From contig CAZEBU010000003.1 in NCBI GenBank assembly GCA_964510435.1, positions 1-63,946 of the forward strand: 63,946 nucleotides of DNA, in the 5' to 3' direction. Source of the stretch: an uncultured Candidatus Saccharibacteria bacterium (GTDB lineage: Bacteria > Patescibacteriota > WWE3 > UBA101185 > UBA10185). Shown in pieces: positions 8,665 through 17,321 of the stretch. Position numbers and translations under genes: made by a program. The notes beneath the pieces were generated by a model. The model saw only the letters and a program-made list of their open reading frames with translations. It ran no database searches and was not told the DNA's origin. Position 1 is the first letter of the stretch, and the number at the start of each line of letters is the position of its first letter.

Positions 8665-8976
8665 GTGAATTCCTGGCAAAAACCAAAGCCATTACTCGAG
8701 TATGCTAAGTTAATAATGATGCTTAAACCCATGTCCCATAACAATACTCATGAAAAACCTTTCCTACACTCTCCCCTGGAAACACCTGATGAAGAGAAAC
8801 TTCAAAAGGCAAAGGATATTTTGGGATCGCTATGTGAGCAACTAACTGATGAGCAAATAAAAACCATTATCACAGAAATTCAGTTTTTAACGGACACCTG
8901 GCTGGACGAATTTGAGCGAGAGATATTTAATGGGAAAACCATTCAAGAGTTGTTATCCGAGGAGATCCTGTTGTGA
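8665..8976 (+). CDS. hypothetical protein coupled to the serine recombinase (start uncertain; alternative ATG at 8716)
   Basis: Its stop overlaps the recombinase GTG start (GTGA). Confidence 0.4.
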   Translation: MNSWQKPKPLLEYAKLIMMLKPMSHNNTHEKPFLHSPLETPDEEKLQKAKDILGSLCEQLTDEQIKTIITEIQFLTDTWLDEFEREIFNGKTIQELLSEEILL

Positions 8977-10439
8977 GAAAAAATAATACTGTTATATATT
9001 TGAGAGTTTCCACCGATGAGCAGATTGATAATTTTTCTCTGGAAACACAGCTGGAAATCTGCCAAAACGAAGCAGATCGTCGGAAATTAGAAGTTGTAAA
9101 AATATTTCGAGAAGAAGGTAAATCTGCCAAGAATATTACTGGCAGACCCACGCTGGTTCAATTGCTAGCGTATTGCCGCAAAAACAAAAATAGTGTTGTA
9201 GCTGTAATTGTTTATCGTATTGATCGCCTATCTCGTCAAATTGCAGATTATTTGGCTATTCGCAAAAAACTGTCAGATAGTGGGGTCACTTTATATTCTG
9301 CCACAGAGCCTACGGGAGATAGTCCTACAGAAAAGCTGGTGGAGACAATGCTGGCTGGGTTTGCTCAGTTAGACAACGATATTAGATCTGAACGATCCAG
9401 CAACGGAATGAAAGCAAGATTTTTGGCAGGACATTGTAATGGTAAACCCCCTTTGGGTTATTTAATGAAGGATAAGGTGGTAGTCAAGGATCCGGAAACT
9501 TGGGACAAGGTAAAAGCATCCTGGGATTTAATGGCTACAGGCACAAAAAGTCTTAAAGACATGGCTAATTATATGAATGACCTAGGATTGCGCCATAAAC
9601 GTAGAGCAAAATCTTTCAGGATCAGGCCTCAATCGGCAGGCCGAATATTTCGACACAAGTTTTATACCGGTATATTAACTTCTAAGACTTATAAACTGGA
9701 GGTTCAAGGGCAACACTCACCCATGATCTCCCAAGCTCAATTTGATGAAGTTCAAGACATTTTGGATGGTAGGAATGTTAGAAATATTCCAGCGCAAAGA
9801 AAAGTAAGAGATAATACAGATTTCCCTCTTAGAAGAATTGTTAAATGTGGAAAGTGTGGCAGTGGTTTGACGGGAGCTTGGAGTAAGGGCAGAAAAGCAA
9901 AATATCCCTACTATCGATGTGGCAAACCATGTAACAGCAAATCTATTCGCTGGCAAGATGTGCATAATGAGCTAATTAATGTTCTCAGGAGCATTGAAGT
10001 AAAACCACAGACCAAGGCATTATTTGAATATTGCTTTGCTTCTACGTTCAAGGCTAGGAAAGAAGTGCTACAACAAAGAAAAAAACGCGTAAACGCTGAT
10101 ATTAGCAAATTTAAAGAATCAAAGAAGACAATTGTTAAGAAAAATCTTGCAGGAATATATTCTGATGAGATTTACAAAGAGCAAATGGCAATGGTAGCCT
10201 CCAAGTTGAACAGATTGACTATGCTCAAACAAGAACAGATCTACAAACAATATGACTTGACGAAACTAAATATAATGCTCGGCAAGAAACCAAAGCGGCT
10301 AGATAAAACCTACCAAGAACTATCCCCCAGTCAAATACGTGTATTTATTAGCTTGGTTTTTCAGGAGGGTTTGACTTGGGAGTATGAGGGAAAGCTGAGG
10401 CGTAAGGTGATTAATTTATGGGAAGATATAGAAAATTGA
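8973..10439 (+). CDS. large serine recombinase (integrase) 1
   Basis: VIYLRVSTDEQ (catalytic Ser), YRIDRLSR, a recombinase domain, a zinc-ribbon CGKCGS..YYRCGKPC and a coiled-coil tail. Confidence 0.9.
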   Translation: MRKNNTVIYLRVSTDEQIDNFSLETQLEICQNEADRRKLEVVKIFREEGKSAKNITGRPTLVQLLAYCRKNKNSVVAVIVYRIDRLSRQIADYLAIRKKLSDSGVTLYSATEPTGDSPTEKLVETMLAGFAQLDNDIRSERSSNGMKARFLAGHCNGKPPLGYLMKDKVVVKDPETWDKVKASWDLMATGTKSLKDMANYMNDLGLRHKRRAKSFRIRPQSAGRIFRHKFYTGILTSKTYKLEVQGQHSPMISQAQFDEVQDILDGRNVRNIPAQRKVRDNTDFPLRRIVKCGKCGSGLTGAWSKGRKAKYPYYRCGKPCNSKSIRWQDVHNELINVLRSIEVKPQTKALFEYCFASTFKARKEVLQQRKKRVNADISKFKESKKTIVKKNLAGIYSDEIYKEQMAMVASKLNRLTMLKQEQIYKQYDLTKLNIMLGKKPKRLDKTYQELSPSQIRVFISLVFQEGLTWEYEGKLRRKVINLWEDIEN

Positions 10440-10480
10440 TTGGGAAATCAAGCTAGTGTGTAGATTGTCATCAAGCTCGC

Positions 10481-11401
10481 TTAAAGCTTTTTGTCAAATG
10501 CCTCTAGTTCAGAAATATCTTTATGTTCTGTTATGTTGCTCACTTTTCTTTCAAAAGAAAACTCCTGTAAACCATCACTATATTTTGATGTGATAAATAA
10601 TTCAAAACTTAACTTTGAAGATTTCGAGTCTATGTAAATTCCTTCATTAATAAGCAAAATCGGTCGTCCCTTCTTTAAATCTCGTAAATTACAGCTTATA
10701 GATTTAGTGCTGTACTCAAGATTTGTCCTATACATCTCTCTTTCCCGAGTGTCTATACGCCCGAGAAAAGAAAATATATCTTTAGCTGGATCTGAAGGTA
10801 ACCAAGGACAATTTAAATCATGAACGCTAGCTATGCTTCCCGTTTTTAAGATAAATTCAACAGATATTTTTTCATCAAATTTATTAGATTCAAGTTTGAT
10901 GAAAATTCCAACCAAATACCTACTCTTATTGTAGAAAGATCGTAACTCGTCTTTGTAGTCCTTCAAAGATTGAATGTACTCCAAATTACTCTCTTGTGTT
11001 TTATGCCTACGAAATCCAACGGAGGCAAGTCTGCCAAATATACCTGCAGAAGGTAGAGTAGGTGTTTCACCTTCTAATATTTTAATCTGTTTATCGATTG
11101 CCTTAAGATGCTCATCAATTCTAATTTTAAAATATTCAGGTGTAACAGTAAATTTTGTCTTTTTGCTTTGTAAAGATTGCAGTGCCAAGTGCTCTTTTCT
11201 CCAGGTTTGATAAATTGCAACAAATACCGCCGACGCTATAAAAAAAGATTTGTAAAAATTTGAAAATTCAAATGATTTTATTGGCTCAGGAAAGTATGTA
11301 TGAAGAAGATCATATAATGTTGGTAGCAAAAGTAGTAATGTTGCCCACTGGAAAATAGTCTTAGAAATAAAAACAAGTAGGTATTTTATCTCTTTTTTCA
11401 T
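10481..11401 (-). CDS. membrane protein (two N-terminal TM helices, 306 aa), last gene of the LexA-SIR2 operon
   Basis: Hydrophobic segments LLVFISKTIFQWATLLLLLP and FFIASAVFVAIY. Only a 3-nt gap after the SIR2 stop. No known domain recognised. Confidence 0.55.
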   Translation of the reverse strand: MKKEIKYLLVFISKTIFQWATLLLLLPTLYDLLHTYFPEPIKSFEFSNFYKSFFIASAVFVAIYQTWRKEHLALQSLQSKKTKFTVTPEYFKIRIDEHLKAIDKQIKILEGETPTLPSAGIFGRLASVGFRRHKTQESNLEYIQSLKDYKDELRSFYNKSRYLVGIFIKLESNKFDEKISVEFILKTGSIASVHDLNCPWLPSDPAKDIFSFLGRIDTREREMYRTNLEYSTKSISCNLRDLKKGRPILLINEGIYIDSKSSKLSFELFITSKYSDGLQEFSFERKVSNITEHKDISELEAFDKKL

Positions 11402-11404
11402 GAC

Positions 11405-12412
11405 TTATGTCTTTAAAGGAAGATTTAATGCACTAAATATTTCAGACAATTCTGGGTTTATTGTTCTTTGGTTACGTGGAAAAATTTGACTGAATCTATA
11501 TGGAAAATAGCCAGCTACCCCATCCCAGATGCTAGTTCCAACTTCATTCGCGCTTCTTATTTGACCCTGACCTCTGTATAAAAGGTTGTCTAGAAATTTT
11601 TCTACATTTTGAGGTGATACGATAAAAAGTTTTAGACCGTTATTCGTGCAAGCATCCGCTAATAACTTGTTTATGTGGGGATCTCTAAATCCATAACCAA
11701 TTATGAGTAATTTCACGTTCCCGGCAGATATAGCTTGTTGAAATAGTACGAAATACCAGTTCAGCAAAGGAATTCTTGCTATTGTATTCATTTTATTGAT
11801 CCCTATTACCTTGCTATCTGCTCCATTAGAAGTTATCCATCTGAGCGATCCATGTAGCTTAACGTAGTATTTTGCGTCTCCCATCTGTGCTTTGAATGTT
11901 TCCAACTCACTCTCAATAGGAAGTTGTTTAAAAGTTTCGGCATCAAGGTCTGAATTGCTCACATCCCCCCAACTGCCAGCATAGTTCATTGATTGAGGTG
12001 TTAAGGGTCTCCAACCAAACCTTTTTTCCATCACCATATCTTGGTTTAAAGTAAAACAAGCATTTGAGGACGCTACGAATCTGTCTAAAAATCTACGAAC
12101 GTCACTAGGGTGAAGGGGTAATGAATCCCATCTGGACTGAATAACTCTATCCATAGAAACATAAGCTTCATTTACTATGTCTTTAAATATCTGAACCTCA
12201 TTCTCTGGAAGTCCACTTCTTTCGTCAAACACATCTGAATAAATTTCTTCAAAATCAAACTGTTTTCTCAATTTGATTTTCAGTTGTCCAGCATCATTTA
12301 ATTTTGGATTATTAAAAATCCAAGACCACATTTCTCTGGCCAAAAAGCCACCGAAATTAGCTGTAAACCCTGCGCCTGTCAAAAGTAAGGTGTTTCCAAA
12401 AGCAATTGTCAT
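11405..12412 (-). CDS. SIR2-like (SIR2_2 family) protein, putative NAD+-consuming effector
   Basis: LLLTGAGFT (GAGxS/T), FTLNQDMVMEK (catalytic Asn region), YVKLHGSLRW (catalytic His) and LLIIGYGFRDPHIN. Confidence 0.75.
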   Translation of the reverse strand: MTIAFGNTLLLTGAGFTANFGGFLAREMWSWIFNNPKLNDAGQLKIKLRKQFDFEEIYSDVFDERSGLPENEVQIFKDIVNEAYVSMDRVIQSRWDSLPLHPSDVRRFLDRFVASSNACFTLNQDMVMEKRFGWRPLTPQSMNYAGSWGDVSNSDLDAETFKQLPIESELETFKAQMGDAKYYVKLHGSLRWITSNGADSKVIGINKMNTIARIPLLNWYFVLFQQAISAGNVKLLIIGYGFRDPHINKLLADACTNNGLKLFIVSPQNVEKFLDNLLYRGQGQIRSANEVGTSIWDGVAGYFPYRFSQIFPRNQRTINPELSEIFSALNLPLKT

Positions 12413-12423
12413 AATTTACACTT

Positions 12424-12732
12424 TCATTTTTTCCTTTTCTCTTTAGCCATCTTTAACCTAAAATCTGCATTCAGTTTTTGAGCACCTTGCTTTAGGGATT
12501 TCAATTGAGAGTCATCGCCTTTTAGGCTAGTGGGGGTTTCAACCTCTCCTATCATTTTTATTTTGCTACCTTGTTTGACCATAACATCAGGGATCTTCCC
12601 ATGAACAGGATCTGGTTTATTGTATCCTGGTAAATCAGCAAGCACCGTTTTACCCGGTCCTTTAAGCCTGTTGGCCCACTGGCTAACTTTTGTATCATGA
12701 GTCTTCTGTCCTCTTTTTGTTCTTAAAGCCAT
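12424..12732 (-). CDS. small basic protein (102 aa), possible minimal PD-(D/E)xK-like fold
   Basis: IPDVMV..x11..IGEVET resembles a D..ExK-type core but lacks the Lys. Its start shares 1 nt with the lexA stop (TAATG). Confidence 0.45.
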   Translation of the reverse strand: MALRTKRGQKTHDTKVSQWANRLKGPGKTVLADLPGYNKPDPVHGKIPDVMVKQGSKIKMIGEVETPTSLKGDDSQLKSLKQGAQKLNADFRLKMAKEKRKK

Positions 12733-13349
12733 TAGTCACCACCACCCTTCAATACATCTACAGCTATACCTTGAACTGTGAAGTCATCAAACATATAAAA
12801 TGGTTTATTTTTGTCATTATCAGATTCTGGCATAAGTTTTATACACCCTTCACCTTCTACCATTTTTTTAACTGTTGCATCATCGCCAATCAATGCAACA
12901 ACTCGAGAGCCAAAGTCTGCGGTTGGTTGTTTTTTTACCAAAACACAGTCTCCATCATCGATCGTTTTATCATTGATATTTGATTTATTCATACTATCGC
13001 CAGTTGCACGTAGGAAAAAATAATCATCGGCATCACCCTGAAGTTTCGAGCTGTCATATGGAACATAAGCCTCAACATTTTCTATAGCTAATAGTGGAGT
13101 GCCTGCTGAAATCTGACCTACCAGGGGAATTTGAACTTTCTCACTGTCTTTGATAAGTGAAATACCTCGTGAATCAACCAGGTACCCCTTTCTTTTCAAC
13201 TCATCGGTATGCCGTTGAACAGAACTAAGGCTGGTGTAATTTAACAATTTCCTTATCGCTTCCAGAGTAGGTGAAATACCGTTTTTATGTGCATAATCTC
13301 GAATTGCTACTAGTACTTCTTTTTGCTTTGATGTTAGTTGCCTGTCCAT
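12732..13349 (-). CDS. lexA: LexA repressor (S24 peptidase)
   Basis: N-terminal LexA wHTH (LTSKQKEVL..GISPTLEAI..KGYL), Ala-Gly cleavage site in VGQISAGTP, Ser nucleophile in GDSM and Lys in ATVKKM. Confidence 0.9.
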   Translation of the reverse strand: MDRQLTSKQKEVLVAIRDYAHKNGISPTLEAIRKLLNYTSLSSVQRHTDELKRKGYLVDSRGISLIKDSEKVQIPLVGQISAGTPLLAIENVEAYVPYDSSKLQGDADDYFFLRATGDSMNKSNINDKTIDDGDCVLVKKQPTADFGSRVVALIGDDATVKKMVEGEGCIKLMPESDNDKNKPFYMFDDFTVQGIAVDVLKGGGD

Positions 13350-13356
13350 GCGTAGT

Positions 13357-13385
13357 ATTATACGCTATAACGCGTGGTATTTCAA
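13357..13385 (-). promoter_or_regulatory. sigma70-type promoter of the lexA operon (TTGAAA-N17-TATAAT), near-leaderless
   Basis: The -10 is the complement of 13357-13362 and the -35 is the complement of 13380-13385. There are only 7 nt between the -10 and the ATG. Confidence 0.55.
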
Positions 13386-13386
13386 G

Positions 13387-13403
13387 TAGAATGGTACATT
13401 CTA
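13387..13403. promoter_or_regulatory. palindrome TAGAAT-N5-ATTCTA abutting the -35; candidate LexA operator
   Basis: tagaatggtacattcta was read directly. A second palindrome, TTATAcgcTATAA (13358-13370), overlaps the -10. Confidence 0.35.
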
Positions 13404-13526
13404 GTATTCTGTTATCCCTCAAGGTGATGTAATATAATGGTAACTAATGGTAGATACTACAAAAGACAACACAACACCAAACTGCCTGAACTAATAACCT
13501 TAAAAGAAGCTTGCGAGATAGAGATT

Positions 13527-13943
13527 TCAGGCCGAGTTTATAAAGTCAATAACTCTTTTAATCTCTTTGGAAAACCAGTTTTTATTATTTAACTCGCATT
13601 CCCACAATACTAATATCTCCCATCCCAAGCTTTTTAGTTTGATGATGTTTGCCTTGTCTCTTTTTTTGTTTCCAAGTAGTTTTTCTTTCCAAAACTTCTT
13701 ATTAGTTACAGGTAGCATGGCTTTTTTACAGTTATGTTGATGCCAAAAACACCCATGCACAAATATGGCAATCTTTTTTTCAATAAAAACAATATCGGGT
13801 CTTCCTGGAAGTTTATAGTGTATGCGATATCTCATGCCCTCAGCAAAAAAAGCTTTTCTTACGCTAAGTTCCAAAGCCGTGTCTTTTCCCTTTACTCGGG
13901 ACATATTCTTACTTCTTTGTCTTTTGGTAATCCTATCCGCCAT
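13527..13943 (-). CDS. vsr: very short patch repair endonuclease
   Basis: RSKNMSRVKGKDTALE, PGRPDIVF, AIFVHGCFWHQH and WECEL. The start was trimmed to MADRITK (the ORF-track 5' extension overlaps the methylase gene). Confidence 0.9.
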   Translation of the reverse strand: MADRITKRQRSKNMSRVKGKDTALELSVRKAFFAEGMRYRIHYKLPGRPDIVFIEKKIAIFVHGCFWHQHNCKKAMLPVTNKKFWKEKLLGNKKRDKANIIKLKSLGWEILVLWECELNNKNWFSKEIKRVIDFINSA

Positions 13944-13986
13944 ACTGTATTTTTGTATTATAATAGATTTATTGAAGTAACATCCT

Positions 13987-14991
13987 ATGAAAAACAAAAA
14001 CACCGCACATACATTTACATTTATTGACCTTTTTGCAGGGATCGGAGGTATTAGGATTGCTTTTGAAAAAGTGGGGGGAAAGTGTTTATTTACGTCCGAA
14101 TGGGACAAATATTGCCAAGAAACATATCATAAGAATTTCGGTGAAATACCCCATGGAGATATAAGAAAAATAGACATTTCCGATATTAAAGATCATGATG
14201 TTTTGCTGGCAGGATTCCCTTGTCAAGCTTTTTCTATAGCAGGTAAACGCGGTGGTTTCGAAGACACTAGAGGTACATTGTTCTTTGAGACTGCAAAAAT
14301 AATAAAGGAAAAACAACCTAAAGCTTTTTTCTTAGAAAACGTCAAGGGACTAGTTAACCACAGAAGCGGGCAGACTCTTTCAACAATACTTAATGTTTTA
14401 AGAAATGAATTGGGTTACTTTGTACCAGAACCTAAAATAGTGAATGCTAAGGATTTTGGAGTTCCTCAAAACAGAGAAAGAATATTTATTTTAGGTCTCA
14501 GGCAAGACTTAGGCATAAAAGACTTTAACTACCCCAAGCCTTTAGTTACAGAAGTCAAGATAAAGGATATTTTGGAAAAAAATCCCGTATCAGTTAAATA
14601 TTATCTATCAAATCAATATCTTGAGTCGCTTAGAAAACACAAGAGAAGACACGAAAGCAAAGGTAATGGATTCGGTTACGAAATACTTAATGAAAATGGA
14701 ATAGCTAATGCCCTGGTAGTAGGTGGTATGGGGCGCGAAAGAAACCTCATAATAGATACCCAGTTAAAAAACTTTACTCCTGTAACAAACATAAAGGGAG
14801 AGGTTAATCGGGAGGGAGTAAGAAGACTAACTCCACGGGAGTGCGCACGTCTTCAAGGATTTCCCGAAAGCTTCGACATCCCCGTTTCGGATGCACAAGC
14901 CTATAAACAATTCGGTAACTCTGTTGCAGTCCCCGCTGTACATGCAACTGCCAAAAAACTAGTTTATAAGTTGAAAGGGGTACTTGTATGA
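13987..14991 (+). CDS. DNA (cytosine-5)-methyltransferase
   Basis: Motif I FIDLFAGIGG, motif IV GFPCQAFS, ENVKGL, QNRERIF, TPRECARLQGFP and GNSVAVP. Confidence 0.92.
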   Translation: MKNKNTAHTFTFIDLFAGIGGIRIAFEKVGGKCLFTSEWDKYCQETYHKNFGEIPHGDIRKIDISDIKDHDVLLAGFPCQAFSIAGKRGGFEDTRGTLFFETAKIIKEKQPKAFFLENVKGLVNHRSGQTLSTILNVLRNELGYFVPEPKIVNAKDFGVPQNRERIFILGLRQDLGIKDFNYPKPLVTEVKIKDILEKNPVSVKYYLSNQYLESLRKHKRRHESKGNGFGYEILNENGIANALVVGGMGRERNLIIDTQLKNFTPVTNIKGEVNREGVRRLTPRECARLQGFPESFDIPVSDAQAYKQFGNSVAVPAVHATAKKLVYKLKGVLV

Positions 14992-16070
14992 TTACAGGAA
15001 ATAAAGGTGAATGGAGTGAAATTTACGCTTTTTTTAAACTGCTGTCCAATGGTAAATTGCATGCTGCAGATGAGAATTTGGAAAAGATTAAGGACATCTA
15101 CTATCCGATAATAAATATTCTTAAAGAAAACGGACTTGAATATAAAAGAAATTCGAGTATCAAAATCATTGATGGGGAAACGGGGAATGAAATAATGTCC
15201 CTACCTGTAGATGAATTCACAAATGCATCAAAGCAGTTGTTAGCAAGAATTAAAGAAGATAAGAAGAAAAACGGTACATTCTCGTTCAAAGAAATAGAGG
15301 GATTTTTAGAAAAAATAAAAATCAGGTCCATAAAATCCCCATCGAAGAAAAAGGAAGATATAACGCTTATTGTGCACGATTTTAGAACAGGGTTAAAACC
15401 AAAACTTGCGTTTAGTATAAAGTCTATGCTGGGAAGTGCATCAACTTTGCTTAATGCAAGCAAATCAACCAATTTCATTTACAAACTGATAACCAACAGG
15501 CTTTCCGTTCGAGAAGAGGAAGTCCCTTATGGAACAGACACTAAAATGAGAATACGAGATGCCTTGGTACAAAAACTCAACGAAGATTACAAGATTATTT
15601 TTTCGGAAATCCCAAACAAAACCTTTAAATCCAACTTGCAAATGATAGATAGCATGTTACCCGATCTGTTGGCATGGGTGGTTTTTTACTACTACACTAC
15701 AAACAATAATTCTCTTGTTGACTTAACAAAACTGTTGGAAAAAAATAATCCGCTAGGTTACGACAAAGATGTAGCTCATAAATTTTATAGACACAAAATT
15801 AAAAACTTTCTACTTGACGTTGCCTTAGGAATGACGCCTTCGACACCATGGAAGGGAAAATATGATGCTACAGGGGGTTATTTGATTGTAAAAAGTGATG
15901 GAGATATTGTCTGTTACCACATCTACAACATTAATGAGTTTAAAGAATATCTGTTTAAAAATACGAAATTGGATACACCTTCAACATCTCGACATGACTT
16001 TGGAAAAATTTATGCGGGGGATAGTACCTTGGAAGTGAAGCTAAACCTCCAAATAAGATTTATAAAATGA
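14988..16070 (+). CDS. type II restriction endonuclease, HpaII-family-like
   Basis: The N-terminal NKGEWSEIYAFFKLL matches my recollection of the HpaII family. It overlaps the methylase stop by 4 nt. A Vsr gene next door fits a C5-methylase system. Confidence 0.65.
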   Translation: MITGNKGEWSEIYAFFKLLSNGKLHAADENLEKIKDIYYPIINILKENGLEYKRNSSIKIIDGETGNEIMSLPVDEFTNASKQLLARIKEDKKKNGTFSFKEIEGFLEKIKIRSIKSPSKKKEDITLIVHDFRTGLKPKLAFSIKSMLGSASTLLNASKSTNFIYKLITNRLSVREEEVPYGTDTKMRIRDALVQKLNEDYKIIFSEIPNKTFKSNLQMIDSMLPDLLAWVVFYYYTTNNNSLVDLTKLLEKNNPLGYDKDVAHKFYRHKIKNFLLDVALGMTPSTPWKGKYDATGGYLIVKSDGDIVCYHIYNINEFKEYLFKNTKLDTPSTSRHDFGKIYAGDSTLEVKLNLQIRFIK

Positions 16071-16110
16071 GCAATGAGGTGATGGCGTAAAAGCGAACAC
16101 TATTAAGAAT

Positions 16111-16317
16111 TTGGACGATAAACAAAAAGAATTTCTCGATTTAGTTTCATCCAAGTATGCAGAGAAAGGTTTGGATGAAGAGAAATTGCTGGTGTTGTTG
16201 AACTTGAAGTACCACGCCATCGCAAATGCCGAGCAGGTTTTGGGTGATGTTAGTCAACACCGCTCTGTGTTTATCAACATGCAGGAGGGTTTGTATAGGG
16301 AGTTTTCAGCGGCTTGA
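16111..16317 (+). pseudogene. remnant of a type I restriction enzyme R-subunit C-terminal domain (EcoEI_R_C-like)
   Basis: LLNLKYHAIANAEQVLGDVSQHRSVFINMQEGLY resembles the LKY..a..lG....F..fQ..LY C-terminal signature. Only 68 codons with a TTG start and no upstream helicase part. Confidence 0.45.
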
Positions 16318-16320
16318 TGT

Positions 16321-17319
16321 TCACAAACTGCTTTCGTAAATGTGGTTTCTACTAAACTTTTTACAAGTGCGTATTTGATCATTGCCTTTTGTCCTGGTTT
16401 GCAAAACTGGCTTGATTAACATCAATTCAGCAAACTCTTCCAATTTAAATCCTTGGGTTTTAGAAACCTGTTTCGTAAAACTCACTAGACCCTGTATTTT
16501 GTTGTATTTGCTAGACGGAATAAAATCTTTGAACTTGGCATTTTCAATGATGAGATTCCTTATTTCTTGAAATTGTTGCCTGTTTATTGATAATTTGGCA
16601 TTGACAGTTATTCCAGTAACTTTTTGACAATAACCTGAAGTGATAACCTTTACCTTACGTCTTTTCACTGCATACTTGTTTTTCAATAGAACTCTAACTA
16701 TGTATTCGATCGCCTCTTCAACTTCTTTTCTATCCCCAGAAATAGTGATGTCATCAATAAACATGGAGGCGTCCAACCCTGTTTTTTCACTATATTTTTT
16801 AAAGTCATTAAATATTGGAGTAAGTACATAGTTGCATAGTAATGGACTAGTTGGAGCACCCTGAGGTAACCTGTGTTGGAATGTTGTGAGTTTGGTTAAA
16901 ATATTTGCTGTTTTTGCACCACAACCAAAGCAATCTATCCAAACTCGATGTACTTTATTGTGGCTAATATTTGGAAAACAGTTCTTAATATCAACTATGC
17001 CAATACAGTCCTTACCTACGTGGACTTTTGCGTTATCAACAATTGATTTACCAGAAACCCCACCTGTCATTCCAGGAGGTAATTGACATAATTCCTTATT
17101 GAGAATTCTTTTTAGTATCTTCTTTTGGATACCTTTTAAAGGATATTGCGGGTTGTCTATATGTCTCCATTTATTGGTACCTTTTTTGTGAAGGTCAAAT
17201 GGTTTGTAGAATCTACCTGAAGTGTTGGCCAATTGCTGAAGTTCAATGCGATCGCAGTCTAGTAAAGACTCTAAATATTTCAATGATAATATTTGAACTG
17301 AGGTGTGTAATTTACTCAC
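16321..17319 (-). CDS. retron-type reverse transcriptase
   Basis: IVDIKNCFPNI, LPQGAPTSPLLCN, FIDDITISG (YxDD box) and QKVTGITVN (the retron-typical VTG motif). Size is 332 aa. Confidence 0.8.
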   Translation of the reverse strand: MSKLHTSVQILSLKYLESLLDCDRIELQQLANTSGRFYKPFDLHKKGTNKWRHIDNPQYPLKGIQKKILKRILNKELCQLPPGMTGGVSGKSIVDNAKVHVGKDCIGIVDIKNCFPNISHNKVHRVWIDCFGCGAKTANILTKLTTFQHRLPQGAPTSPLLCNYVLTPIFNDFKKYSEKTGLDASMFIDDITISGDRKEVEEAIEYIVRVLLKNKYAVKRRKVKVITSGYCQKVTGITVNAKLSINRQQFQEIRNLIIENAKFKDFIPSSKYNKIQGLVSFTKQVSKTQGFKLEEFAELMLIKPVLQTRTKGNDQIRTCKKFSRNHIYESSL

Positions 17320-17321
17320 AT

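Noticed and set aside
13438-13593. 51-aa plus-strand ORF (MVTNGRYYKRQ…LITLKEACEI…) with a weak AlpA/Xis-like look between lexA and vsr.
   Set aside because: It overlaps the vsr 3' end by about 67 nt, and the HTH resemblance is marginal. Not supportable without a search.
16321-17319. Possible diversity-generating retroelement (DGRs are common in CPR genomes).
   Set aside because: The RT has retron-type LPQGAPTSP and VTG motifs rather than the DGR-type IGNxxSQ. I saw no template/variable repeat pair with A-specific differences nearby.
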